Assembly (NCBI GenBank): GCA_000431795.1
Contig: FR887372.1
Location: 3,087-67,086, forward strand
Source: Clostridium sp. CAG:302
GTDB taxonomy: Bacteria; Bacillota_I; Bacilli_A; RF39; UBA660
Direction: 5' to 3'
Length of the DNA stretch: 64,000 nt
The notes below the pieces were generated by a model that did not search any database, was not told the origin of the DNA, and saw nothing but the letters and a program-made list of their open reading frames with translations. Each line of letters starts with the position of its first letter. The first letter of the stretch is position 1. The position numbers and the translations under genes were made by a program. Positions 8,779-19,490 of the stretch are shown here, in pieces.

Positions 8779-9588
8779 ATGGGAAAGGAAAATAATAATC
8801 GTTTTTATGAAGATTTTGACAGAGTAAATAGAGAATTAAATCAAATTACTAATGGACCTAAAAAAGAACAAAAGGCAATAGATCCTAAAAGAAAAATATT
8901 TGATGGTGAACATGACCCAGATCCATCTGATGTTTTTGACAAGTGGGAAAGAGAAAAAAAACTCAATTCTGTAGTAGCTAGTTATCCAACTTCAGAAAGT
9001 AATGTTGAATTTTTAAAAGCAAAAAGAGAAATACTAAAAAAGGAGCAAGAAAAAGCTAAACAAAAAAAGAAAAAAGCATTTAAAAGAACTATCGCTGGTG
9101 TTTTAACTGCTGCTACTTTATATGCTGGAGTTAAAATTGGTCAAAAGATGGAAGATAATTCCAAAATTAATAAAGCAACACAAACACTCGTTGATTTGAG
9201 TGAAGATACTTTAACTGAATATGGCTTAGGAACTAAAGAAAATGGTAAGTTTGAAATAGGAAATAACTCTGTATCTGATTATAGTGTATTAGATGCCAAT
9301 ACACCAATGGAAGTATATATTTATAAATTAGCTATTAATGATAATGAAGAATTTAATAAATTTATTCGTAGTGTATCTTATAGTGATGGTGTATACTGTT
9401 ATGAAAGTTATGAGCAGTTTTTAAGAATTAATGGCTATTATGATCAGACAAGTAATAAAATAAGTGATGAAGTTTTTAGTAATATAATGCGTGGAACACT
9501 TTTAACTGCTTATGAAAATAGTACTTTAAGTTCTTATGAAAACGAATATTATACTACTAACTTAGATAGTGAACCTAAAACTAGATAA
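8779..9588 (+). CDS. Hypothetical membrane-anchored protein
   Basis: The 269-aa ORF has a good RBS (AGGAGG), a charged N-terminus, one transmembrane segment (IAGVLTAATLYAGVKIG) and a C-terminal domain of unknown function. Confidence 0.5.
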   Translation: MGKENNNRFYEDFDRVNRELNQITNGPKKEQKAIDPKRKIFDGEHDPDPSDVFDKWEREKKLNSVVASYPTSESNVEFLKAKREILKKEQEKAKQKKKKAFKRTIAGVLTAATLYAGVKIGQKMEDNSKINKATQTLVDLSEDTLTEYGLGTKENGKFEIGNNSVSDYSVLDANTPMEVYIYKLAINDNEEFNKFIRSVSYSDGVYCYESYEQFLRINGYYDQTSNKISDEVFSNIMRGTLLTAYENSTLSSYENEYYTTNLDSEPKTR

Positions 9589-9618
9589 AAGAAAATAGAT
9601 AAGAAATAAAAATCTTAT

Positions 9619-10293
9619 CTATTTTCTTTTTATTCTAATACCATATATAGAATTTCCTCTATAATTACCATCAGTATCAAAATCATTATTATCTTTATAA
9701 GTAAATACACTAAGTATAAAGTTTTCTACTTTTTCTATACCATCTACTGCATATATTTTAATTGAAGTAATCTTAGTATTATCATCCATTTTTTCTAAAT
9801 GACTATAAAATGCACCATCAGCCTGATTAACATCATCATATAAATAAACATAAAAATAATCACTAAATTTATATTCATCTGGTTCTAAAAAGTTGCCATT
9901 ATAATTAGTACCATCTTTCAATATAAATTTAATATTAAAACCAATTTTGTAATCATTAATATTTTCATACATATTATAATACTTATACCAAGTATCTTTA
10001 AATCTATTACCATCAATAACATTATCATCAGTAAAAAACACTTCAAATGATCCAATATCTTTTCCACTAGTAAAATTTGTATAATAAGTATCCACTAGTT
10101 TGTTTTTATTATGATAATTACTATCATCTGCAAGAAATAAACCTACTTTTATAGGATTATTATCCTCATATTCCTCTTTTACTTCTTCTTTAACATCATT
10201 AACTATATTATCTTTAATAGGTTCTACTTGTTTATCATAATTACAACCACATAAAAATAATATTCCAAATAGTATTATTAATAATTTTTTCAT
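9619..10293 (-). CDS. Hypothetical lipoprotein
   Basis: Signal peptide with lipobox (ILFLCGC) followed by a Y/D/N-rich 200-aa domain. Confidence 0.5.
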   Translation of the reverse strand: MKKLLIILFGILFLCGCNYDKQVEPIKDNIVNDVKEEVKEEYEDNNPIKVGLFLADDSNYHNKNKLVDTYYTNFTSGKDIGSFEVFFTDDNVIDGNRFKDTWYKYYNMYENINDYKIGFNIKFILKDGTNYNGNFLEPDEYKFSDYFYVYLYDDVNQADGAFYSHLEKMDDNTKITSIKIYAVDGIEKVENFILSVFTYKDNNDFDTDGNYRGNSIYGIRIKRK

Positions 10294-10559
10294 ATATAGA
10301 CTCCTTTTCTTTTTCTTCTAAATTCTTTATAAACTATAAATACTCCCATAAATAAAAATGGTATTGAAAATAATTTAAAAATAAATTTCTCAAAAACTGA
10401 TTAATTATAAAGGTAAGAAATATTGCACTATTACTTTGGCTAATAAATCACTAGTCATAATCAAAGCATAGCTTAAGATAGAAATGACTAATAAAAGTAC
10501 AATCATCTGAATTATGTTTTTTATAATATTTTTATTTTTCATAAAATCATTATAATAAA

Positions 10560-10633
10560 TGGTGCCAAATGTAAGAATCGAACTTACCTCTAGGCATTAC
10601 GAGGGCCTTGTTCTACCACTAAACTAATTTGGC
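10560..10633 (-). tRNA. tRNA-Thr (anticodon CGU)
   Basis: The reverse complement folds as a cloverleaf: acceptor GCCAAAU/AUUUGGC, D-arm GUUUAGUGGUAGAAC, anticodon arm AGGCC-CUCGUAA-UGCCU (U33, anticodon CGU, A37), T-arm GUAAG-UUCGAUU-CUUAC, then an encoded ACCA. Confidence 0.75.
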
Positions 10634-10683
10634 AATACTTTCTATATAATTATAACATAAGTTATATTATATAGAAATAATTT

Positions 10684-13600
10684 TTATATTTTTTCTAAAG
10701 TATTATTAGTAACTGAATATAGATATATATTTGTAGGTTTATTAAATCTATTCTCTATATAGTCTTTATAACCATTTAATTGTTTTAAATAAGCTTCATC
10801 ACTAATATTCTTTAATTTATAATCAATTATTTTAATATTATCTTTATATACTAACATTAAGTCTATAATACCATGATAAGTAGTATTATCTTCTTCATAT
10901 ATAAATTCATATTCTTTATATATATCTGTATTGTCTATATTAACTTTATCTAAGAAATTAGTTATTATCTCTCTATTCTTACCAGTTAAATTACTAGTAT
11001 TATGAAAGTCTGTTAATTCAAATAACTCATGGACTTTCTTACCATAATCAAGTCTATCCTGTTCTTCTTTTGAAGTAATATGAATATTCTTCTTAGAAAA
11101 AGATTTTTCTTCTTCTTTTTGAATATCTATATTAATATCTTGAACGTCTAGTTTATCCTCTACTCTACCTAGTAATTTATTATAATTATCATTCTTAACT
11201 AAGTTATAATTCTTAGATAAATCAATACTATTAATATCAATATTTTTATAATAACTCTTAGTAATAGATTCTAACGAATACATAATACTAGCAAAACTAT
11301 TATATTTTGATCTAATACTATCATCAATAATATCACTAATATACTCTGCTTCTTCTTTAGTATTCTCTGGTAATATAAATATCATTTTTTCTTTAGCTCT
11401 TGTTAGTGCAACATAGAAGAGTCTTATTCGTTCACTAATATTTTCTAATACATAGTTTCTATAACTTAAATTATGATAAATAGTATTATATAAGAATTTA
11501 TCTTTATAAGGAATAATAATACCATACTTATCGTCATAACTAAATTTACTTATAGCTTCCCTAATATTAAATTTACTATATAATCCCCCGTAGTAGCAGA
11601 CATTAAACTCTAGTCCTTTTGAAGCATGAATAGTCATAATTTTTACTGTATTATTACTACTTTCAGTAACATTATATTCTATCTTCATACCACTTTCTAT
11701 AATGTCCTCTAAATATTCACTATATTTATATATATCATAATCTAAATTAGTTAGATTACTAGTAATTTCTTTTAATTTATCTATTCTAATAATATTTGAA
11801 GAATAATCTCCAAGTAAAAATAATTTATTATAAAAATCATATTTATCAATAATTATATCAATTATTTCATCTAAACTAATTGTATCAAGATCCTTAGTAA
11901 TACCATAACTAATCTTATAAATATCGCTATCTTTAAAATTATTATTTAGAAAATAATCAAATATTATATTATCATCTAAATTAAAGAGAAAACTTCTAGC
12001 TATTGATATAAATAATTTTTTAAATTCATTATCTATAACATTATCTTTAATCTTTATAATAAAACCAATTATATTCTTTATTATAGTAATTACTTCACCA
12101 TCAGTTAGATTAACTGATTTCACAATACTCGTAGGAATATCATTATATTCTAAAATCTTTTTATATAGTTCAAATGACTTACTACTATCAAGTAAGATAG
12201 CAAAATCACTATATTTAGCCTTTCTAATACCTTTAGTATCTTTACCAAAGATTGGATAACCATTAATAATTTTATTTTTAATATCACTAGCTATTATAAA
12301 AGCTTCTACTTCGTCTTTTTTAAATATTGTATCATTAAGATAACTATATACTTCAAAGTTATTATTTACCCCGTTGTCACCATCACCTTGATACATAGGA
12401 TTACCATATACCATTCTATGACTTACTTTATATGAAGCTCCTCCAATAGTATCATCCATTATTCTATCAAACATTAAATTAATATTATTAATAACTTCTT
12501 CTCTACTTCTAAAGTTTTTATTTAGATCTATCTTAATACCATTAATATTCTTACTATATGAATCATATTTATTTTTAAATATATATGGATTAGCATTTCT
12601 AAATCTATATATAGATTGTTTAATATCTCCAACCATATAGACATTATTATTAGATATATATGCAATAAATTCTTCTTGAACATCATTAGTATCTTGATAT
12701 TCATCAATCATTATTTCATTTAAATTATTCTTAATTTCTTCTCTTATCTCAGTATTATTTTTTACAAGTTCTATTGCATAAGAAGATATATCACCATATT
12801 CAAAGTAATTATATTTACTTTTATATTCTGATACTCTTTTATCTAATTCTTTTATTATCGTTATTATTTCTTCTACATAATCTTTAGTCTTTAATATACC
12901 ACTCTTTATACTATCATAATTATCATATATAACTAATTTTTTTATTTCTTTAATAGTATTAGATATTTTATCTTTATATTCTTTAGTGGTATCTGATACT
13001 CCCTTAGCTATAGGAAGTTTAACTTCTAAATTAAGTTTAATATCATCGTAATCACCTGAAGATAACAAAGGACTAAGTACCTTATATATCTTATCAAAAT
13101 AATCACTATCATCTATATATTCTAAATAATCTCTAATATTATTAATTAAATTTAATATTACTTTGGTATAATTATCTATATCTTTATCAATATTTTCTTC
13201 ATTATATTTAATGCTTATATAACTATCTAAATATTCTCTCTTATTAGTCTTTAAATCTAATTTATTATTAATATTTAAAATAAAACTAAATATTTCTTTA
13301 TCATCTTTTAAAGCATATTCTTTAATTAGATTTAAAAACTTAGAGTCTTCACTAGTATATAACTCTTCAAAAATATCTTTAAGCATTTTCTCTTTATATA
13401 ACCCTATTACTGAAGCATCTATAATATTAATATCTTTAGATAGATTTAAATAGTAGTGGTATTTTTTAACTAGTGATAAAGCATAGGCATCAAATGTTGT
13501 TATATCAGCAGTATCTAGTTTAGATAGTTCTTTAGTAAAACCATTTTCTTTTAATTTTTCTCCTATTCTCTCACGCATCTCTTTAGCGGCCATTTTAGTA

Positions 13601-13764
13601 AATGTTAAAATAAGTAAATTATCTACTGAAATTCCTTTTTTTACTTTTTCTAATACTCTTTCAGTTAGAACAGCAGTTTTACCAGAACCAGCACCCGCAG
13701 ATACGATAATATTAGTGCCTTCTTTATATATAGCTTCTTTTTGTTCATCTGTCCATTTTGGCAT
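10684..13764 (-). CDS. addA: ATP-dependent helicase/nuclease subunit A (AddA/RexA)
   Basis: The 1026-aa product has a UvrD-like Walker A (AGAGSGKTAVLTERV), helicase motifs and a C-terminal RecB-type nuclease (GIIDLMLVYKD...IDYK). Confidence 0.85.
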   Translation of the reverse strand: MPKWTDEQKEAIYKEGTNIIVSAGAGSGKTAVLTERVLEKVKKGISVDNLLILTFTKMAAKEMRERIGEKLKENGFTKELSKLDTADITTFDAYALSLVKKYHYYLNLSKDINIIDASVIGLYKEKMLKDIFEELYTSEDSKFLNLIKEYALKDDKEIFSFILNINNKLDLKTNKREYLDSYISIKYNEENIDKDIDNYTKVILNLINNIRDYLEYIDDSDYFDKIYKVLSPLLSSGDYDDIKLNLEVKLPIAKGVSDTTKEYKDKISNTIKEIKKLVIYDNYDSIKSGILKTKDYVEEIITIIKELDKRVSEYKSKYNYFEYGDISSYAIELVKNNTEIREEIKNNLNEIMIDEYQDTNDVQEEFIAYISNNNVYMVGDIKQSIYRFRNANPYIFKNKYDSYSKNINGIKIDLNKNFRSREEVINNINLMFDRIMDDTIGGASYKVSHRMVYGNPMYQGDGDNGVNNNFEVYSYLNDTIFKKDEVEAFIIASDIKNKIINGYPIFGKDTKGIRKAKYSDFAILLDSSKSFELYKKILEYNDIPTSIVKSVNLTDGEVITIIKNIIGFIIKIKDNVIDNEFKKLFISIARSFLFNLDDNIIFDYFLNNNFKDSDIYKISYGITKDLDTISLDEIIDIIIDKYDFYNKLFLLGDYSSNIIRIDKLKEITSNLTNLDYDIYKYSEYLEDIIESGMKIEYNVTESSNNTVKIMTIHASKGLEFNVCYYGGLYSKFNIREAISKFSYDDKYGIIIPYKDKFLYNTIYHNLSYRNYVLENISERIRLFYVALTRAKEKMIFILPENTKEEAEYISDIIDDSIRSKYNSFASIMYSLESITKSYYKNIDINSIDLSKNYNLVKNDNYNKLLGRVEDKLDVQDINIDIQKEEEKSFSKKNIHITSKEEQDRLDYGKKVHELFELTDFHNTSNLTGKNREIITNFLDKVNIDNTDIYKEYEFIYEEDNTTYHGIIDLMLVYKDNIKIIDYKLKNISDEAYLKQLNGYKDYIENRFNKPTNIYLYSVTNNTLEKI

Positions 13765-14053
13765 AATTTAAACCTCTTATTTTCTTTTTATTACTGATAA
13801 TCATACTATTATAACCAAGAATAGTATCTATACATTTATACTTAGAAATATAAATGATAAGTTTTTCTAATTGATTACCAGTAAAGTTACAAAATAATAT
13901 CTTATCACTATTAAAATTATTATCTTTAAAGTAATCATATAAGTTATACATATTACCTATTTCTTCAGTATAAATAGTATTTTCTCCCATAAAAATCATT
14001 TGAATTTTTTCATTTGTCTTATCTTGATTATTATCAAAAATATAAGTATTCAT
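13745..14053 (-). CDS. Hypothetical protein (102 aa) between addB and addA
   Basis: ORF translationally coupled to addA (overlap). No recognisable domain. Confidence 0.4.
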   Translation of the reverse strand: MNTYIFDNNQDKTNEKIQMIFMGENTIYTEEIGNMYNLYDYFKDNNFNSDKILFCNFTGNQLEKLIIYISKYKCIDTILGYNSMIISNKKKIRGLNYAKMDR

Positions 14054-14062
14054 AAAACCCTC

Positions 14063-14779
14063 CTACCTTGTTTTTACTTTCTTAGTAAAATAATTATAAG
14101 TATCATTAGTTATAGTACCTTCTATATCTAAAATGCTTTGCTTACTTCTCATTAATTTATTAAATTCTTTCTTACTTAGTGTTTCTATTAGATATCTTAT
14201 CATTAGATAAGACCAGTCATAACCATTATATTTTTTAGTTTTAGTATCTACAAATTCACCATAACTAGCGCCGTGTTTATGTAGATAAGATATCTTTGGT
14301 ATTTCTTTATTTTCACCAGAAATTTTATTTTCAATGAACTCTTTTAATCTATCATTATCAAGAAGAGTATTCTTTTCTCCTGATAGAAGACTAGCTAGTC
14401 CTTCATCAAACCATACTATTCTATTATTAATGCCTTCTTCTTGAATGTAGTTTCTATAAATTACATGGGTAAGTTCATGAAGTATACAAGTAAATAGTTT
14501 ATATTTATCTATTTTATTTAAATCAGCATATACTTTAACATTTTCATATCCGAAACAACCGGCAATCCCATTTGGAGGATATGGCGCTTTAAATAATCTT
14601 TGATACTCTGCAGCATTATCATATAAGTATATTTTTAATTTATTAATGTGCTCTAATTCAAAAAACTTACAGACTTCTATAATACCTTTATCTAAATAAA
14701 CAGATAATTCTGGCATTATTTTATCAAAATAGCTTGAAGCATATACCTGATACAACTCTTTATTTGCGGCTAATTCCAT
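14063..14779 (-). CDS. Gluzincin-like zinc metallopeptidase-like protein (HEXXH...WFDEGLA)
   Basis: The 238-aa product carries HELTH followed about 20 residues later by WFDEGLAS, resembling the M1/gluzincin HEXXH-X18-E signature. Confidence 0.45.
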   Translation of the reverse strand: MELAANKELYQVYASSYFDKIMPELSVYLDKGIIEVCKFFELEHINKLKIYLYDNAAEYQRLFKAPYPPNGIAGCFGYENVKVYADLNKIDKYKLFTCILHELTHVIYRNYIQEEGINNRIVWFDEGLASLLSGEKNTLLDNDRLKEFIENKISGENKEIPKISYLHKHGASYGEFVDTKTKKYNGYDWSYLMIRYLIETLSKKEFNKLMRSKQSILDIEGTITNDTYNYFTKKVKTR

Positions 14780-15113
14780 GATCCTTCACCTTTATTAGAG
14801 TACTCTCATCTACATATAAAGTACCATCAGTATCTGAAATATTTCCTTTTAAGAAATATTTTTTTACTTTCCTATCAAGTTCTTCATCTTCTATACCATC
14901 TAAAAGATTATAAAACCACATAACATAATTTTTCATATTTTCATAACCATTATCTTTATCTCCTGGATAAAAATATTCATTATTTTCATCATCATATTGC
15001 ACTAGAGCATTTTCTTTATAAATAGTATCTTTACCATTTAAATGTCTTTCCATTATCGTACAGTAATATCTAGGCATATATAGAACAGGTTTAGTCCCCA
15101 TTATCTTCACCAT
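14760..15113 (-). CDS. Hypothetical protein (117 aa)
   Basis: ORF overlaps both the addB stop and the downstream gene start. Confidence 0.4.
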   Translation of the reverse strand: MVKIMGTKPVLYMPRYYCTIMERHLNGKDTIYKENALVQYDDENNEYFYPGDKDNGYENMKNYVMWFYNLLDGIEDEELDRKVKKYFLKGNISDTDGTLYVDESTLIKVKDHGISRK

Positions 15114-17373
15114 CCTTATTAATATATACTTTATCTTTTTCTCTTAAGTAGCAGATATCTCTATATTCACAGAAGCTACAGCTTACATTCTCTCCATTTA
15201 TTACCTTAGGATTAATTTCAAAGTCAGCCTCTAATATATTATCTATTGCTTTATCAATTAACTTATCTGTATTACTTAGCATATCATTTATTTCTTCTTC
15301 AGAGAGTACTTTACTATAAGAACTAAATCCCTTACTCGTAGTCTTCATACCCTTAATTAACTTAGAATCATTATAAGTAGTATCAAACTTAGATAATATA
15401 TTTTCTTCATCTATAGAGTAGCCTTCGAGTCTTAAATTATTTTCTCTTGCAGAATCATAGTCTTTACTATTATCTAAAGTAGTATTAAATAGTTTCTGAA
15501 GATAAAAGCCTACTACTTTAACATTTTTAAGTTCCATCTTACTAGATAAATATAAATATATTGGTAGTTGTAATCCGAGTCCATATTCCATATTTTTAAG
15601 ATTAATATTAGTACTTCCTGTTTTATAATCAATAACTACAAGATATGTAATATCATCTTCTTCTTTATATAGTACTTTATCTATCTTACCCATAAAAGTA
15701 ACTTTAATATTTCTATCTTTATTTACATAGACTTCTTTTTCTTTCATATTCTTATCAAAAGTACTATAAGTATATTGTTTTCTTATGGTAGTTATAATAA
15801 ACTCTAATTCTTCTTTAATATTAGTAAGAAAGAATAATTCTCTTTTACTAAATTCTCTCTCGTTACTTATATATTCATCAAAGACATTACTAAAATTAAA
15901 ATCTATATCGTCCATATGTAATAATACGTAGTGGCAGACATTACCTATTAATATAGCAAAGTCATCTTTAATAATATTTATCTTTAATATATTATTTAAA
16001 TAATACTTAAACTTACATTTATAATAATTATCTAATGCTGTATAAGAAAGTAATAGTTTATTATTTAAATATTTATATAATTTATCTTTATCTACACTAT
16101 GATATTTATTATCATACTGCATATATGGTATATCATAATTAGAGGATAATAAATCTATATCTTTATCTTTTATATTATATTTAACTAAATTATCTAACTT
16201 CATAGCCAAAAAGATTTTATTCATCATATTTGAATTAGTATATTTAGTTTTATAATTATCTATAATATTTATATCATTAATTAGATCACATCTAGTATAA
16301 TTACCACTATTATCAAATAGTTTATAACTAATAGTAAGATTCTTTATATTATTAATCTTCTTTATTATTTCAATCTTTTTATTTATATTTAATTCTATAC
16401 TAGTATCATATCCTAATATAACTTTTTCTTTATCATTAAAATATTCATTATCTTTATATAATACAATATTTTCTTTATTATATCCTAAATAAAATACATA
16501 GTCATCATCATCAAAATAATCATTAATACTAACTATTTTAATACCAGTATTATCTTCATTTAGATAAGTATTTTTTAAGTCATTAACAATTAATTCTTTT
16601 ACTTCTTCTTTATTATCAATAAAACTATATTTATTAATTACTTTAACTATCTTTTCTTTAATACTAGTATCATTAATACTATCTATTTCTTCATTAATAT
16701 TATTTAAATTATTTAATATATTTTTTACTTCTTTGATAGAATATATACTTCTATTTTTTACTGATATTGGTATATTATATATTTTAAATAATCTATATAT
16801 AGGTTCTTTATATTCATTAGATATTATTAGTTTTATCTTACTTATATTAATATTCTTACTAATTAGATTACATATATTATCTATAACAAATAAGACTTCA
16901 TCATCTATATAATTAAATTCATATATGTCTTTTATAGCATAATCTTTATATTCATAATCTATTACTTTATAGTTATAATTATCTAAAATACTTTTATAAT
17001 ATTTATTAATATAATCATAACCATATATATATATTTCTTTATCTTTAACATATTCTTTAAATAAATTATCATATATAAGTAAATTATTATTATCTAAATA
17101 TTCCTTTATTTCTTTTAATTTAACCATCTTATTATTAGTTAATTTATTACTTATATAATTTAAATTATCTAAATATACTAAAGATGTACTATAGTTATAA
17201 TTATATTTTTTCATTAAATTATATATTGTTTTTTCATCATAATCAAATGTTACTCTTTTAATAAAAGTATCTATACTCATAAACTTGATATTATAGTTAT
17301 AATATTTTATTCTGGATAATTCTATTATTTTATTTTTTATATTATTTGGTACTAATACTATATATTCTTTCAT
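15091..17373 (-). CDS. addB: ATP-dependent helicase/nuclease subunit B (AddB/RexB), compact form
   Basis: The 760-aa product has a C-terminal RecB-family nuclease with Fe-S cysteines (CHYVL...; ...NVSCSFCEYRDICY). No N-terminal Walker A. It lies upstream of addA. Confidence 0.75.
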   Translation of the reverse strand: MKEYIVLVPNNIKNKIIELSRIKYYNYNIKFMSIDTFIKRVTFDYDEKTIYNLMKKYNYNYSTSLVYLDNLNYISNKLTNNKMVKLKEIKEYLDNNNLLIYDNLFKEYVKDKEIYIYGYDYINKYYKSILDNYNYKVIDYEYKDYAIKDIYEFNYIDDEVLFVIDNICNLISKNINISKIKLIISNEYKEPIYRLFKIYNIPISVKNRSIYSIKEVKNILNNLNNINEEIDSINDTSIKEKIVKVINKYSFIDNKEEVKELIVNDLKNTYLNEDNTGIKIVSINDYFDDDDYVFYLGYNKENIVLYKDNEYFNDKEKVILGYDTSIELNINKKIEIIKKINNIKNLTISYKLFDNSGNYTRCDLINDINIIDNYKTKYTNSNMMNKIFLAMKLDNLVKYNIKDKDIDLLSSNYDIPYMQYDNKYHSVDKDKLYKYLNNKLLLSYTALDNYYKCKFKYYLNNILKINIIKDDFAILIGNVCHYVLLHMDDIDFNFSNVFDEYISNEREFSKRELFFLTNIKEELEFIITTIRKQYTYSTFDKNMKEKEVYVNKDRNIKVTFMGKIDKVLYKEEDDITYLVVIDYKTGSTNINLKNMEYGLGLQLPIYLYLSSKMELKNVKVVGFYLQKLFNTTLDNSKDYDSARENNLRLEGYSIDEENILSKFDTTYNDSKLIKGMKTTSKGFSSYSKVLSEEEINDMLSNTDKLIDKAIDNILEADFEINPKVINGENVSCSFCEYRDICYLREKDKVYINKDGEDNGD

Positions 17374-17447
17374 TATACCACCTAGATATATTATTGCATA
17401 AAACTAATAAAAAGTAAACCCTACCCTAGTTATTTTATTATGTTCAC

Positions 17448-17535
17448 TATAAGCCTTACTTTGTAAGTCTTATTAGTGTTATTTTGAGCCTTAAGTCTCA
17501 AAATAATATATCTACATATCTATTATATATAAGCA
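17448..17535. repeat. Intergenic palindromic repeat, family 2 (copy B)
   Basis: aagccttactttgtaagtct...gagccttaagtctc...aatatatctacatatctattatatataagc. It shares modules with 4596-4735 and 19420-19490, and in inverted orientation with 41640-41700. Confidence 0.7.
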
Positions 17536-17673
17536 TAATTTATATATTTAAATTCTTTTTAATTAGTAGTTTATTGTAAATATAATAAAAAGCGGATAGC
17601 CACTATGGAGACATACAATGTCTTACCATCTTACAGCATATCCGCTTTCTGTAGATAATATATTACAATCCAA

Positions 17674-18366
17674 TTATTCTTCAAGTGATAGTATTTGATT
17701 AATATTACTATATGTCATAGTAACTAATACTTTGTTAATAGAAGAGTCATCTATTTTAAATAGTTCTGTATAATCTATAGTAATAGTTTTAGTATCTTCA
17801 TTTATTTCTATTGTAATATAATTATCAGAAGTATTGTTAAGTACTAAAGTAGATAATTTTACTTTATATATATTTTCTTCTTTGATAGAGTTTTCTATTA
17901 ATTCTTTGATAAAATTAATATTCATAAATTTATAGTTTATATAAGGATATACTTCTTCACTCGTGGATAATATATAATTACCTTTATTATCTAGTGAATA
18001 ATATTTATTATTCATAACATAATAGTATTCTTCTTTATCATCATCTTTTACTTTAATACTTTCATTTAGTCCTAGTTTTCTTCCATGGTAATTATATTTA
18101 TTATTATCTTTTTCAATATTTATATCATATTCATAGTTATCTTTTAAAGTATAAATAAAACTATTATCATTAACATTATCATTATATGGTAGTTTAGAGT
18201 TTTGATAACTAAGTACTCTAGCAAAGATAACTACTCCGACAAAGAAGATAAGATATAGACATAGTTTTATTTTTGCCCTACCTCTTTTATCTTTCCACAT
18301 TTCTTTTAATTTATCAAATTTACTAGGTTCTTTAGTTACTTCTTCTTTTTCTTTTTCTTTACTCAT
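17674..18366 (-). CDS. Hypothetical membrane protein
   Basis: The 230-aa product has a charged N-terminus, one transmembrane segment (LCLYLIFFVGVVIFARVL) and an extracytoplasmic domain. Confidence 0.5.
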   Translation of the reverse strand: MSKEKEKEEVTKEPSKFDKLKEMWKDKRGRAKIKLCLYLIFFVGVVIFARVLSYQNSKLPYNDNVNDNSFIYTLKDNYEYDINIEKDNNKYNYHGRKLGLNESIKVKDDDKEEYYYVMNNKYYSLDNKGNYILSTSEEVYPYINYKFMNINFIKELIENSIKEENIYKVKLSTLVLNNTSDNYITIEINEDTKTITIDYTELFKIDDSSINKVLVTMTYSNINQILSLEE

Positions 18367-19303
18367 TAAATATACCTCCGATAAAATTTTCTTTCTTTAT
18401 ACCATTGATAAAGTCTTTTACATCACATCTATTCTTTCCTTCTAATTTGATATTTTTTAGTATTATATCATAATCTTTAGTACTAACTGTTATTCCATTT
18501 TTATTTATATCAGTAATAGTACCAGGTTTTTCTTTAGATATATTATTTGTTTTTTCTGATAAATATATTTTCATTCTCTTATTATTTAACATAGCATAAG
18601 CACCAGGTATACTAGATAATCCTCTTATTTTATTATGAACATTACTTACACTATCATTAAAATTAATTAGTTCTTCTTCTTTAGTAATATTTAGTCCATA
18701 AGTTACTTCTTCTTCATTTTGTTTTATTCTATTATTAGTACCATTTAGTATACTAGGTAGTGTATCAATTAGTAAGTCTCTACCTAATATAGATAATTTA
18801 TAATATAAATTATCTAATATCATGTTATCATCTATATTTATACTTCTTTGACTTATTATATCACCGCTATCCATCTTCTTATCCATATACATAATAGTTA
18901 CTCCTGCTTCTTTATCACCATTAATTATAGCATGATGGATAGGAGCACCTCCTCTTAACTTAGGAAGTAGAGAGCCATGAACATTAATACAGCCATACTT
19001 AGGATAGTCTAGTATTTCACTTGGTATTATTTGTCCATAGGCGGCTGTTATAATAATATCTGGTTTCTTATCTAATATATATTGATATTCTTCTCTTATC
19101 TTGATAGGCTGATATACTTCAATATTATTCTTAATACCAATCTCTTTACAAGGAGAATATATTATATTACCTTTTCTATCTTTTTCTTTATCTGGCTGTG
19201 ATACAACCATTATTACATTATATTTATTTATTAATTCTTCTAATATTGGCACTGCAAAAGAAGGAGTACCCATAAATATCATCTTTATATCTTTATTTAT
19301 CAA
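18359..19303 (-). CDS. fmt: Methionyl-tRNA formyltransferase
   Basis: MIFMGTPSFAVPILEEL...VVSQPDK...HGSLLPKLRGGAPI; the 314-aa length is typical for Fmt. Confidence 0.85.
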   Translation of the reverse strand: MINKDIKMIFMGTPSFAVPILEELINKYNVIMVVSQPDKEKDRKGNIIYSPCKEIGIKNNIEVYQPIKIREEYQYILDKKPDIIITAAYGQIIPSEILDYPKYGCINVHGSLLPKLRGGAPIHHAIINGDKEAGVTIMYMDKKMDSGDIISQRSINIDDNMILDNLYYKLSILGRDLLIDTLPSILNGTNNRIKQNEEEVTYGLNITKEEELINFNDSVSNVHNKIRGLSSIPGAYAMLNNKRMKIYLSEKTNNISKEKPGTITDINKNGITVSTKDYDIILKNIKLEGKNRCDVKDFINGIKKENFIGGIFNE

Positions 19304-19419
19304 TTTAAATCACCAATTTAATTATATAGTATTTTATACTATTTTTCAACTATTTTATGCACTTTAATCCTAAGGTATTAAAGTGTTATTATTAGCCTAT
19401 AGTCTAATAATAATGTGTC

Positions 19420-19490
19420 AGTAACATCTATTATATATAAGCCGTAACTATATATTAAAAGAAAGATATTAGTTATACCTTTCTAATTAT
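19420..19490. repeat. Family-2 repeat copy C including a terminator-like hairpin
   Basis: atctattatatataagcc...aaagaaagatattagttatacctttct; the hairpin AGAAAGGUAU/AUAUCUUUCU is followed by a U-rich tract on the minus strand, at the 3' end of the tmk-like gene. Confidence 0.6.
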
